Part shown: positions 1 to 9,339 of the stretch, piece by piece | Layout: every line of letters starts with the position of its first letter | How positions within the stretch are numbered: position 1 is the first letter of the stretch | Source: an uncultured Fibrobacteria bacterium | GTDB lineage: Bacteria; Fibrobacterota; Fibrobacteria; UBA11236 | Direction of reading: 5' to 3' | DNA: 64,000 nt | NCBI GenBank assembly: GCA_963716395.1 | Contig: OY970309.1 | Coordinates: forward strand, 3,136,001-3,200,000 | Notes under the pieces: generated by a model | What the model was told of the DNA's origin: nothing | Seen by the model: the letters and a program-made list of their open reading frames with translations, nothing else | Databases searched by the model: none | Translations under genes and position numbers: made by a program

Positions 1-483
1 TTGATTCCCCAGGACGTTTACCTGTTCTCCGAATCCATCGCCTTCAATGTGGCCCTGACCCCCAAGTTCGACCGCGACCGCGTCGAAGAGGTATGCCGGC
101 ATGTGCGGGCGCATGAATTCATCGAACACCTGCCGCAAAACTATCTCACGCCACTGCGCCAACGCGGCGAAAACCTTTCCACGGGCCAGCGCCAGCTCTT
201 GGCTTTGGCTCGGGCCCTGTATCAAAGGCCGCGGCTGCTGCTGCTCGACGAAGCTACCGCTTCGGTGGATACCGAAACCGAAAGCTTGGTGCAGGAGGCG
301 CTGGAAAAAGTGCTGCATGAAGTCACCACTATCGTGGTCGCCCACCGCCTTTCCACCATCAAAAACGCCAATCGAATTCTCGTCATGCACAAAGGGCAAA
401 TCCGCGAAGAGGGATCGCATCAGGATTTGCTGGCCATAGGTGGGATTTACACCAAGCTCTACCAACTCCAAAGTTTTGGATAA
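1..483 (+). CDS. ABC transporter ATP-binding domain, C-terminal part (MsbA/MdlB-like exporter; 5' end outside window)
   Basis: Signature LSTGQRQ, Walker B LLLLDEATASVD, H-loop VAHRLSTI. Confidence 0.9.
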   Translation: MIPQDVYLFSESIAFNVALTPKFDRDRVEEVCRHVRAHEFIEHLPQNYLTPLRQRGENLSTGQRQLLALARALYQRPRLLLLDEATASVDTETESLVQEALEKVLHEVTTIVVAHRLSTIKNANRILVMHKGQIREEGSHQDLLAIGGIYTKLYQLQSFG

Positions 484-520
484 CCGGCAAAAGCCCGAAT
501 TTTCTTATAATTATGGGGCT

Positions 521-610
521 AGAGAGATGTCCGAGTGGTTTAAGGTACATGCTTGGAAAGCATGTTGGCGGTAACACGCCACGGGGGTTCGAATCCCCCT
601 CTCTCTGCCA
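521..610 (+). tRNA. tRNA-Ser (anticodon GGA)
   Basis: Acceptor stem AGAGAGA/TCTCTCT, discriminator G plus CCA, D-arm CCGAGTGGTTTAAGG, anticodon stem CATGC-TTGGAAA-GCATG, long variable arm, T-loop GGTTCGAATCC; TATAAT just upstream. Confidence 0.97.
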
Positions 611-651
611 GAAGCCACAGGTCTGAAGGCGCTTAAAAAAAGGAAGTTCCC

Positions 652-885
652 GTGTCGAAAAATCAACATCTCTCTTTGGAAGATTGCTACGCCAAAGGCG
701 TGTCACCCTGCCGCGCCGTGATCATGAGCGCGCAGGAAGCGCGCTTCATCAACGAGCAGGCCAACCTCGGCTTCATCAAGCTGTCGGAAAAGCCCAGTAC
801 CATCGCCATTCAAAAATTCAAAAATGACCGCTTGTCGGCCGTGATAGAAGACCCCGAAGCCGCAACGCCCGCCGAAGCCGCTTAA
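652..885 (+). CDS. rpoZ: RNA polymerase omega subunit (divergent)
   Basis: 77 aa; C-terminal KPSTIAIQKF resembles the omega KPxxxAL motif; sits directly upstream of coaBC, the usual rpoZ position; AAGGAAG before GTG start. Confidence 0.7.
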   Translation: MSKNQHLSLEDCYAKGVSPCRAVIMSAQEARFINEQANLGFIKLSEKPSTIAIQKFKNDRLSAVIEDPEAATPAEAA

Positions 886-895
886 TCGTTTCTTC

Positions 896-922
896 CGCCC
901 AGTCGGCTGGGCGCAACGTTTT
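896..922 (+). terminator. possible intrinsic terminator after rpoZ
   Basis: Hairpin CGCCCAG-TCGG-CTGGGCG followed shortly by a T run. Confidence 0.35.
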
Positions 923-1021
923 TAAAAAAAGCCATGTCGGCGAGGTCTCCACTTTGCAGGCAGACTGGCTACTTTGCTTAGGCGGAAAATTTGCGGTGCA
1001 CGGAAAATTGGGGACCCTTCC

Positions 1022-2251
1022 ATGGCCTTGAAAGACCAGCACATTTTACTGGGTGTCACCGGAAGCATTTCGGCGTATAAAACCTGCGATTTAATCCAGC
1101 GCCTGAAAGAAAAAGGCGCCGAGGTCAGGGTGGCCCTGACCCCGGCTGCATGCCGGCTGGTGCAACCCGCCACCTTCGCGGCCTTGACCAATGCTCCGGT
1201 TTTTCAAGATGTCTGGTCGGCCGCGAGCCCCATGCCGCATATCGAGTACGCGCGCTGGGCCGACGCTTTCGTCATCGCGCCTTGCACGGCCCATACCTTG
1301 GCAGAATTGTCTTTGGGTTTGACGGGATCGCCGATTTCGCTCACGGCCTTGGCTTATCGCGGTCCCATGCTGATCGCGCCGGCTATGAATTCCGTCATGC
1401 TCGCCTCGGCTCCGGTACAGGAACATTGCCAGCGTCTGGCGCGACAGGGCATTCGGATTCTGCCCACGGGCAGCGGTGTTCTAGCCTGTGGCGAGGAAGG
1501 CGATGGAAAGCTTCTAAGCCCAGAGGAAATAGTCTCTTATATAGATTTGAATTTTGCCTTTAGCCATGAAGTTCCCGTGTTGGCCGGCGCGCAGGTTTTG
1601 ATCGCCGGTGGTCATACCGAAGAGCCTTTGGACGACGTGCGCTTTCTCTCCAATCGCAGCAGCGGCAAAACCGCGACCGCTTTGGCCCGCGCCTTTCAAT
1701 TGGCTGGAGCCACTGTGCATCTCGTTTTCGGCCGAGCCGAAGAGCCGGCGCCGGCGGGCATGCAGGTAACGCGGGTGAAAACCAGCGAGGAATTTCGCCA
1801 GATCATGCGCGCGCAGCAGCCTCACCACGATGTGGTGATTATGGCGGCGGCCATCGCCGATTTCATTCCTTCGCGGTTTTCGTCTGGAAAATGGAAAGAT
1901 TCCAAGTCATTGAAAAAAATAGAGTTGAATCCAGCGGCGAATGTTCTGCAAGAGTTGGGGGAAAACAAAATCAAAGATCAAATCCTCGTGGGCTTCGCCT
2001 TGGAAACCGAAGCACCCATCGCCCAGGCCTGGGAAAAACTCTTGGCCCGGCGTTGCGATTTCATGGTGGCGAACAATCCGCTGGCCCGAGCCGGAATTGG
2101 GTTCGGTGAAGATGAGGTCGAAGCCTTTATTCTGCCTGCCTCCCCCGCTCCGCGCGGATCGGAACAATTGTCCCTGATGGAAAAAAACCGGCTGGCCGCG
2201 GATTTGGTACAGGCTGTGGCCGCGAAAATCAAAATCCGTCCTTCGCGTTGA
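1022..2251 (+). CDS. coaBC: bifunctional phosphopantothenoylcysteine decarboxylase/synthase
   Basis: LGVTGSISAYK, APCTA, PAMN, LACGEEGDGK, DDVRFLSNRSSGK, VGFALET; ATG at 1022. Confidence 0.96.
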   Translation: MALKDQHILLGVTGSISAYKTCDLIQRLKEKGAEVRVALTPAACRLVQPATFAALTNAPVFQDVWSAASPMPHIEYARWADAFVIAPCTAHTLAELSLGLTGSPISLTALAYRGPMLIAPAMNSVMLASAPVQEHCQRLARQGIRILPTGSGVLACGEEGDGKLLSPEEIVSYIDLNFAFSHEVPVLAGAQVLIAGGHTEEPLDDVRFLSNRSSGKTATALARAFQLAGATVHLVFGRAEEPAPAGMQVTRVKTSEEFRQIMRAQQPHHDVVIMAAAIADFIPSRFSSGKWKDSKSLKKIELNPAANVLQELGENKIKDQILVGFALETEAPIAQAWEKLLARRCDFMVANNPLARAGIGFGEDEVEAFILPASPAPRGSEQLSLMEKNRLAADLVQAVAAKIKIRPSR

Positions 2252-2252
2252 G

Positions 2253-3047
2253 ATGCAGACGCGCGCGGCCTATCTGGCTTTTCAATCCGACATCGGCACC
2301 GACGAGGTCGTGCTGCCGCAAGCTTGGCGGCCCAAATCCACCCGGATTCCGGACCCACCGCCCGCCGAAGCCAGCCGGGCCTCGGATAGCAAAGATTTTT
2401 TTCAGACCATAGCGCAGGTGTTGACCCAACCGACCCGCCGCGAGGCGCCGGTCTCACGACCCGTGATGGCTCCTGTCGGGGGAGGCATTCCCGACTTCGC
2501 CAACCTCGAAGAATATGGGGCCTATGTGCGGCAGGAGTATCCGCGTTGGTTTTCCCTTCCTGCTGATACCCTCTTGGCGCCGGCGTTGGGTCTGCCCCGC
2601 TCGGCTTTGGCCGTGGTCGAATTGGCTCCCGAAACTTCCGGCGTGTCGTCGGTGTTCTCCGGCGCGCCCGGCGACCTGCTGGATAAAATGCTGAAGGCCA
2701 TCGGTCTGGAGCGCAATTCGCTGTATTTGACCGCGGTGATGAAAACTCCGGGTCCAGGCCGCGGTTGGCCGCGCAAAGACGTCGCACGCATGCTTCCCCT
2801 GATGATCCGCGAACTGAAATTGGCGGCCTGCCCGTGGGTGCTTTTGCTGGGCGAAGCCTGCGCCCAGGCCGTGCTGCGCACCGGGTCGAAACTGGAAGAC
2901 CTGCGGCAAAGACCCTTCGAAGCCGAAGGCCTGGTGTTCGCGGTTTCGCGGCATCCCGCGGATTTGCAGCGGGACGAAACGTTGAAACGCCCGGCCTGGG
3001 AAGACTTGAAATGGCTGCGCGGGCGGCTGGACGCGGGAAAGGCTTGA
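2253..3047 (+). CDS. uracil-DNA glycosylase family 4-like protein with degenerate active site
   Basis: FSGAPGDLLDKMLKAIGL, LLLGEACAQAVL, HPA, KRPAWEDLK match family-4 UDG; GE(A/G)PG motif and Fe-S cysteines are absent. Confidence 0.75.
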   Translation: MQTRAAYLAFQSDIGTDEVVLPQAWRPKSTRIPDPPPAEASRASDSKDFFQTIAQVLTQPTRREAPVSRPVMAPVGGGIPDFANLEEYGAYVRQEYPRWFSLPADTLLAPALGLPRSALAVVELAPETSGVSSVFSGAPGDLLDKMLKAIGLERNSLYLTAVMKTPGPGRGWPRKDVARMLPLMIRELKLAACPWVLLLGEACAQAVLRTGSKLEDLRQRPFEAEGLVFAVSRHPADLQRDETLKRPAWEDLKWLRGRLDAGKA

Positions 3048-3048
3048 G

Positions 3049-4398
3049 ATGGCGTCCGAAACATCGGCGTTACGTGTGCCGCCGCAGGCCCTCGACGTGG
3101 AAAAACACGTGATCGGCGCCATGCTGCTCGACTCCCAGGCCGTGAGCATGGCCCTGGAAAGCCTCAGCGCCGACGATTTTTACCTCGACCGGAACCAGTA
3201 CATCTTCGCCGCCATCGCCGGATTGTTCGAAAAGAACATGCCGGCCGATCTCATCACCACGGCCGAGGCCTTGCGGAAAAACCAATTCCTGGAAAAAGCC
3301 GGCGGCGAAGCCGCCTTGATGGAGATTTCCGCCGAGGTGGTATCTTCGGCTAACGTCGCGGATTATTGCCGCATCGTCAAGGAAAAATCCATGCTGCGGC
3401 GGCTGATCGGTTCGGCCACCAAAATTCTCGAGCGCGCCTATGACGGCGGCCAGGAACCCGGCACCATCATGGATCAGGCTGAAAGCGATATCTTCGCCAT
3501 CAGCGCTTCCAATATCCGCGAAGGCTTCCTGCCCATCAAGCGTATTCTCGGCGACACCTTCAAACTCATCGAGAGCTATTCCAAAGGCGAGATCATCGGC
3601 GTGCCGTCGGGCTTCAAAGACCTCGACGGCCTGACCTCGGGCTTTCAGAAAACCGATCTCATCATTCTGGCCGGCCGCCCCGGAATGGGCAAAACCGCTT
3701 TGGCCCTCAGCATTCTCGCCAACGCGGCCATCGATCATCGCCGCACGGCGGCCTTCTTTTCTCTGGAAATGGGGCGCGAGCAATTGGTGCAGCGCGTCTT
3801 GTGCCGCCAAGCCCAGGTCAACATGCACCTTTTGCGCACGGCCAAATTGCCGTCGCGCGATTATCCCAAGCTTTCCATCGCCGTGGGACCCATCAGCGAA
3901 GCCAAAATTTTCATCGACGACCATCCGTCGCTGAACATTCTGGAACTGCGGGCCAAATGCCGGCGGCTCAAGTCGCAGCAGGGGCTCGATGTGGTCCTGG
4001 TCGATTACTTGCAACTGATGCAAGGCGTGGGCCGCCAGGAAAACCGGCAGCAGGAGATTTCGCAAATCTCGCGCGGGCTCAAGGCCCTGGCCAAGGAATT
4101 GGATATTCCCGTCATCGCCCTGTCCCAGCTCAGCCGCGCCGTGGAGCAACGCGGCGGCGAAGGCGAACCCAAGCTGTCTGACCTGCGCGAGTCGGGCGCC
4201 ATTGAACAGGATGCCGATCTGGTGATGTTTATCTACCGCGACGAGATTTATAATAAAGAGGCGGAAAAAGGCAAAGCCAAAATCATCTTAGCCAAACAGC
4301 GCAACGGACCCACCGGCGAAGTTCCCGTCACCTTCATCTCCGAATATGCTTCCTTCGTCAATTATTCTCCCCGTGTCCCCGAGATGGCGGGCTTTTAG
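3049..4398 (+). CDS. dnaB: replicative DNA helicase
   Basis: RVPPQA, GRPGMGKT, FSLEM, VDYLQLM, LSQLSR, DLRESGAIEQDAD, KQRNGPTG. Confidence 0.98.
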   Translation: MASETSALRVPPQALDVEKHVIGAMLLDSQAVSMALESLSADDFYLDRNQYIFAAIAGLFEKNMPADLITTAEALRKNQFLEKAGGEAALMEISAEVVSSANVADYCRIVKEKSMLRRLIGSATKILERAYDGGQEPGTIMDQAESDIFAISASNIREGFLPIKRILGDTFKLIESYSKGEIIGVPSGFKDLDGLTSGFQKTDLIILAGRPGMGKTALALSILANAAIDHRRTAAFFSLEMGREQLVQRVLCRQAQVNMHLLRTAKLPSRDYPKLSIAVGPISEAKIFIDDHPSLNILELRAKCRRLKSQQGLDVVLVDYLQLMQGVGRQENRQQEISQISRGLKALAKELDIPVIALSQLSRAVEQRGGEGEPKLSDLRESGAIEQDADLVMFIYRDEIYNKEAEKGKAKIILAKQRNGPTGEVPVTFISEYASFVNYSPRVPEMAGF

Positions 4399-4420
4399 AG
4401 CCGGGCGCGGGGCGACGTAA

Positions 4421-5242
4421 ATGACGATCGCCGGCTGGTGCGCGGATTTTCTCGAGGCCCTGGGTATCCAATCCCTCCGGGCGCTGCACAAGCTGTGGGC
4501 ACTGGTTTTGGCGCCCGCGGAACGCACCGGCGAAATCGTCGGCCTGCAATGGCAATTGCTGCGGCGTCTGCCCCTGGCGGCCAAGAATCCCGGCCTGCTC
4601 GTGCAGCAAACCCTGCGCATGGGAATTTCCTCGCTGCCGCTGGTGCTGGTCATCTCGGTGTTCATCGGCGCGGTTACGGCCGTGCAGGCGCATTACCAGT
4701 TTCGCGGTTTCGTGCCCGACACCTATCTGGGCACGGCCGTGTGCAAATTCGTCATCATCGAATCGGGCCCGGTGCTCACGGCTTTGGTGCTGGCGGGTCG
4801 CATCGGATCGGCCATCGCCGCCGAAGTCGGCACCATGAAGGAAAAAGAAGAACTCGACGCCATGGCCGTGCTCGATCTCGATCCCTTGCGCTATCTCGCC
4901 TTGCCCCGCCTGCTGGGCGGATTGCTTTCCTTTCCCCTGCTGGTGATCATTTCCGATTGTCTGGCCCTGCTGGGCGGTTGGGCCGTGGCCTACGGCACTT
5001 TGGGCATCACCTCGGCCACCTATCTGCACGGCCTGCGTTTTCTCTTCAGCACCTACGACGTGTGGGTGGGCTTCGTCAAATCTTTGTGCTTCGGCGGCGT
5101 GGTGGCCTTCATGGGCTTTTATCACGGCTTGCGCGCCGAAGCCGGCGCCAAAGGCGTGGGCCAGGCGGCCATGCGCTCGGTGGTGTCGAGCTGCGTGTGG
5201 ATTCTGGTCCTGGACTTCGTCATCGTCTTCGTGGTGTACTGA
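4421..5242 (+). CDS. mlaE: MlaE-family ABC permease
   Basis: ESGPVLTALVLAGRIGSAIAAEVGTM, GAKGVGQA; several TM segments. Confidence 0.93.
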   Translation: MTIAGWCADFLEALGIQSLRALHKLWALVLAPAERTGEIVGLQWQLLRRLPLAAKNPGLLVQQTLRMGISSLPLVLVISVFIGAVTAVQAHYQFRGFVPDTYLGTAVCKFVIIESGPVLTALVLAGRIGSAIAAEVGTMKEKEELDAMAVLDLDPLRYLALPRLLGGLLSFPLLVIISDCLALLGGWAVAYGTLGITSATYLHGLRFLFSTYDVWVGFVKSLCFGGVVAFMGFYHGLRAEAGAKGVGQAAMRSVVSSCVWILVLDFVIVFVVY

Positions 5243-6007
5243 ATGACCGCCCCGCTGATCGAATTGCACGGTCTGGAAAAATCCTTCGCGGGCCAGCGCG
5301 TGCTGCGGGGCGTCGACCTCTCCGTGCGCCAGGGCGAAACCATGGTCATCATCGGCTCTTCGGGCGGCGGCAAATCGGTGATTCTCAAGCATTGCATCGG
5401 CCTGTTGCAACCCGACGCCGGCGAGGTGATCGTCGACGGACAAATCATCAGCCGCAAGGATTTCATCGACGTCAAGACCATCCGCCGGCGTATGGGCATG
5501 CTGTTCCAGGGCGCGGCGCTGTTCGACTCGATGAACGTGGGCGAAAACATCAAGTTCGCCGTGCGCGAGCACAATCGGCAATTGCGCGAAGCTGATCTCG
5601 ACGCCATGGTCGAAGAGAAGTTGCGCCTCATCAATCTTTCGCCCGACATCCGCTCCAAGATGCCCAGCGAACTTTCGGGCGGCATGAAGAAGCGATTGGG
5701 GCTGGCGCGCGTGATCGCCATGAATCCCGAAATCCTGCTCTACGACGAGCCCACCACCGGGCTCGACCCCATCACCTCTGACGTGATCAACGATTTGATC
5801 CTCGACATGCAGCAAAAATTGGGCGTCACCAGCCTGGTGGTGACGCATGACATGGTATCGGCCTACAAGGTGGCCAACCGTATCGCCATGTTATATGAAG
5901 GCCACATCATTTTCGTGGGCACGCCCGACGAAATCCGCGCCACCTCCAACCCGTATGTGCAGCAATTCATACGCGGCCAACGCAAATTGCTGGGGTCGCT
6001 GGAGTAA
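5243..6007 (+). CDS. mlaF: MlaF-family ABC ATPase
   Basis: GSSGGGKS, FQGAALFDS, LSGGMKKR, YDEPTTGLDP; abuts mlaE. Confidence 0.93.
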   Translation: MTAPLIELHGLEKSFAGQRVLRGVDLSVRQGETMVIIGSSGGGKSVILKHCIGLLQPDAGEVIVDGQIISRKDFIDVKTIRRRMGMLFQGAALFDSMNVGENIKFAVREHNRQLREADLDAMVEEKLRLINLSPDIRSKMPSELSGGMKKRLGLARVIAMNPEILLYDEPTTGLDPITSDVINDLILDMQQKLGVTSLVVTHDMVSAYKVANRIAMLYEGHIIFVGTPDEIRATSNPYVQQFIRGQRKLLGSLE

Positions 6008-6016
6008 AATGCAGCG

Positions 6017-6076
6017 ATGAGCTTGCAGTTTTCCTGGGACACCGATAAGGCCGTTCTGAACCAAAAAAAACATGGA
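6017..6076 (+). pseudogene. N-terminal remnant of a BrnT-family toxin gene
   Basis: MSLQFSWDTDKAVLNQKKHG matches the BrnT start F-x-WD-x-x-K-x-x-x-N-x-x-KHG; similarity stops abruptly after codon 20. Confidence 0.65.
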
Positions 6077-6150
6077 GGCGGGTCTGTCCCGTCGCTGGCG
6101 GGCGGTTTCACCTCAGCCCTCCTCGAATCCATCCTGGCTACCTTTAGCGC

Positions 6151-7548
6151 ATGCCCAAAGCTACGGCGCTTTTCGCCTGCCGCGAATGCGGCGATACCTT
6201 TTCGAAATGGAGCGGGCGCTGCCCTTCCTGCGGAACCTGGGACGCGGTGGTGGAAATGTCCGCCGCCGACGTGCGCGCGCACAGCGGCGGCGAAAGCCGA
6301 TCCCCCGCGGCGGCGACGGCGGCCGCCAATCCGCCCCGGTCCCTCAAAAGCGTGGAGGAGCGCGAAGGCCACGAGCGCCTCTCCACCGGCATCGGCGAAT
6401 TGGATCGGGTGCTGGGCGGCGGCATTGTACCCGGATCCTTGGTGCTGATCGGCGGCGACCCCGGCATCGGCAAATCGACCTTGATGCTGCAGATGGCGGC
6501 CCTGTTGGCCGCGGCCGACGTGCCCACCTTGTATGCCACGGGCGAAGAAAGTCTGACCCAACTCAAATTGCGGTCGCGGCGTTTGCAGGTTCCGGGCGCG
6601 GCGCTGCAGGTGCTGGCCGAGACCGCGCTCGACAACGTGCTGGAGCATGCCACGGGTGTGGCCGCCCAGGTTCTCGTCATCGATTCGATTCAAACCATGC
6701 AGCGCGCCGATCGCGCGGGCTCGCCGGGTTCGCCGGGGCAATTGCGCGAATGCACGCTCGCCCTTCTGTCCTTCGCCAAAGCGCACAACTGCGCCGTGTT
6801 TCTGGTGGGCCATGTCACCAAAGAAGGCGTACTGGCCGGGCCGCGCATGTTGGAACACATGGTCGACACCGTGATTTACTTCGAAGGCGACCGCCACCTC
6901 TCCTACCGCATCCTGCGCGCGGTGAAAAACCGCTTCGGCGCCACCTCCGAAATCGGCGTCTTCGAAATGGCCGCCGAAGGCCTGCGGCCCGTCGCCAATC
7001 CTTCCCAGCCCTTTCTGGCTTCGCACGGCGAACGCGATCCGGGTTCGATGATCGCCTGCGTCTGGGAAGGCACGCGCCCCATTCTCGTCGAAGTGCAGGC
7101 CCTGGTGTCGCGCACCCATTACGCCGCGCCGCAACGCGTGGGCATGGGCCTCGATGCGAAACGCCTATCCGTGCTGTTGGCCTTGCTGGAAAAATTCGCC
7201 GGCATCGAAATCGGCATGCAAGACGTGTTCGTCAATGTGGCGGGCGGCATGCGCGTCGAAGAACCCGCCGCGGATTTGGCCTTGGCCGCGGCCATCGCCG
7301 GCAACCATTTGGGACGGCGCAGCACGCCCGCGACCTTGGCCCTGGGCGAACTGGGCTTGAACGGCGAATTGCGCCGCGTGCCGCAATTGGAAGCGCGTTT
7401 GCGCGAGGCCGCCCGGCTGGGTTTTCGCGCGGCGGTGGTTCCGACCCTGGTTCCCAGCGAAGAGTCGGGCCGGGTGCGGGTCAAGGGCATGGAATTACAT
7501 CCGGTGCGCAAGCTTTCCGAAGCCCTGCCTTTATTGTATTCCGGATGA
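6151..7548 (+). CDS. radA: DNA repair protein RadA/Sms
   Basis: C4 zinc finger CRECG...CPSCG, GGDPGIGKST, KNRFG motif, Lon-like C-terminus. Confidence 0.98.
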   Translation: MPKATALFACRECGDTFSKWSGRCPSCGTWDAVVEMSAADVRAHSGGESRSPAAATAAANPPRSLKSVEEREGHERLSTGIGELDRVLGGGIVPGSLVLIGGDPGIGKSTLMLQMAALLAAADVPTLYATGEESLTQLKLRSRRLQVPGAALQVLAETALDNVLEHATGVAAQVLVIDSIQTMQRADRAGSPGSPGQLRECTLALLSFAKAHNCAVFLVGHVTKEGVLAGPRMLEHMVDTVIYFEGDRHLSYRILRAVKNRFGATSEIGVFEMAAEGLRPVANPSQPFLASHGERDPGSMIACVWEGTRPILVEVQALVSRTHYAAPQRVGMGLDAKRLSVLLALLEKFAGIEIGMQDVFVNVAGGMRVEEPAADLALAAAIAGNHLGRRSTPATLALGELGLNGELRRVPQLEARLREAARLGFRAAVVPTLVPSEESGRVRVKGMELHPVRKLSEALPLLYSG

Positions 7549-7566
7549 GCCTCGGTTTGCGGCGGT

Positions 7567-9237
7567 TCAAGGCGCCGTGAACGGGAGCGAGAAAATCCGG
7601 CCCTCCACCGTCAGACGCGCCCAATAGTTTCCGGCCGCCAAACTCGAATTACCTCCGCTTCGCGGCAGCGCCAGGGTTTGGACTCCGGCCGGCGATTGCC
7701 GGCGCAATTCGGCTGCCTTGCGGCCGCCCGCGTCGAAGATATCCAAGGCCAGCGACGCGGCGCGCGGTAGAAAGTAGCGGAAGAGAATTTCCTGTGTTGA
7801 AATCCCGGCCACTCGCAGCCAGGGACTTTGCGCGTCGACCGGGCGCAGGCCGACGGTATTGCTGAAGGCATAGGACACGGGAAAAAAGGCTTGCAACAAC
7901 ACGGCATCGCCCGTTCGATTCGTCATTTCCAGGCGGATGAAGTCGACGCTGTCGGCGGCCAGCAAGCCGCAAAATACGCGTCCGCTTCCGCGGCCCGAGT
8001 CAAAGGGCGCCGGTACGTTCCAGGCGGAAGAATCGGCGGCGCCATGGAAAAACGGCGTGGCCGCGATGAGCACACCTCCGCTTTGGGTGGTGCCGTAGGC
8101 GAAATTCACCGGGATAGAATCAATCAGACGGAAATGTTGGGGAGAAGGTGGCACCTGCACATCGGGGAAGAAGTGAGGCACAAAAGAGTAATGTATCGGT
8201 TGAAAGGTTTGCCACAATACGGTGTCGATGCCCGGCGTGTACAGGAGAATCTCCAAGGAATCCACGGTTGCGGTTCCAGCCAGAACGGTGAAGTTCGCCG
8301 AATCGATGCCGCGGCCCGAGGCCACGATCGGGGAGGCGCTATGGTAACTGTTGGGCGTTTGCGATCCTGCGGTAAAAGGTAAGGCGAGAATGCGCACGCC
8401 ACCCGTATGAAATGCACCGTAGTTTATTTGCAGCGGAACGCTTTCGCCGTTGAGCAAGGTGGAGGAATGCGCCAGGGAAGAGTTTACGCCGAACACCGCG
8501 TATTGCACGGAGGTCAGGTTCACTGGTACGGTGGTTTGGTACAGCAAGGTGTCGCCCGCTTCGTTGAACATCTGCATCAGCACCGAATCCACACGGATGT
8601 CGCCCGCGGTATTGGTGAACGCGGCGCTGTCTTTTCCCACCCCGCCGGAAACCACCGCGCCCCCGATGGCACCCGGCCCCCAACCGACGGGCCCGTACGG
8701 ATGCACATAGCGCTTCACCCCGATGTGGTAGGTTGCGAATTTGTAATGCACGACCATCAGCTCTCCATCCACCAAGGAATCGGGTGACGCCGGCGTGGTG
8801 TACACGCTGTCAAGGTAGTTGGAAAGAAATTGATCCTGAGCGGGTACCGTTGCCTGGAACAATACCGTGTCCGGCACCGTCGGGGTATGCGCTTGAATGC
8901 GGATGGAATCCATGGATCCATCGGGACTGTTGATATCGATGCCGACGACAGCCGTGTCCTGGCCCATGCCGGCGAGATAATTGGCATTGAGACCGGTGAC
9001 TTGTCCACCTGGCGTCTGGGCGTTGTGGGTCAAGGGCGTCACGCTGAGAGCGATGCCACCGGGATGGTCGGTGGAGTAAGCGAAGCTCAGGTGGATTTCG
9101 TCATAGCCTTTGAGCAAGAGCGACGACCTGGGCGACAACGCAATGTTCGAGATGGTTGTAGCCGACCAGTTGCTTTCCATCAAACCGCAAACGACGACGA
9201 AAAAGACCAAGCTCTTTAAGCTCTGGCGCTTCTTCAT
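7567..9237 (-). CDS. secreted repeat protein with T9SS/FlgD-like C-terminal domain
   Basis: Signal peptide, AGGAG RBS, four ~110-aa beta-rich repeats, C-terminus LDIFDAGGR...AAGNYWARL. Confidence 0.75.
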   Translation of the reverse strand: MKKRQSLKSLVFFVVVCGLMESNWSATTISNIALSPRSSLLLKGYDEIHLSFAYSTDHPGGIALSVTPLTHNAQTPGGQVTGLNANYLAGMGQDTAVVGIDINSPDGSMDSIRIQAHTPTVPDTVLFQATVPAQDQFLSNYLDSVYTTPASPDSLVDGELMVVHYKFATYHIGVKRYVHPYGPVGWGPGAIGGAVVSGGVGKDSAAFTNTAGDIRVDSVLMQMFNEAGDTLLYQTTVPVNLTSVQYAVFGVNSSLAHSSTLLNGESVPLQINYGAFHTGGVRILALPFTAGSQTPNSYHSASPIVASGRGIDSANFTVLAGTATVDSLEILLYTPGIDTVLWQTFQPIHYSFVPHFFPDVQVPPSPQHFRLIDSIPVNFAYGTTQSGGVLIAATPFFHGAADSSAWNVPAPFDSGRGSGRVFCGLLAADSVDFIRLEMTNRTGDAVLLQAFFPVSYAFSNTVGLRPVDAQSPWLRVAGISTQEILFRYFLPRAASLALDIFDAGGRKAAELRRQSPAGVQTLALPRSGGNSSLAAGNYWARLTVEGRIFSLPFTAP

Positions 9238-9339
9238 AACGCACTCCTTAACTGAATGAATCGCGGCCTAAAGTTAGATTGATGTTAAATTGAATCGCGA
9301 CACCGATCCGAACGACATTTTTTAGCAATTCATACAATT

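Noticed and set aside
521-651. tRNA-Ser as an integration site for a genomic island
   Set aside because: No integrase nearby and I saw no duplicated tRNA 3' end in the window; flanking genes are housekeeping
4358-7580. Long alternative-frame and antisense ORFs over mlaEF and radA (similar ones over spoVR, fleR and serA)
   Set aside because: Typical stop-poor shadow frames of high-GC coding DNA; no recognisable motifs
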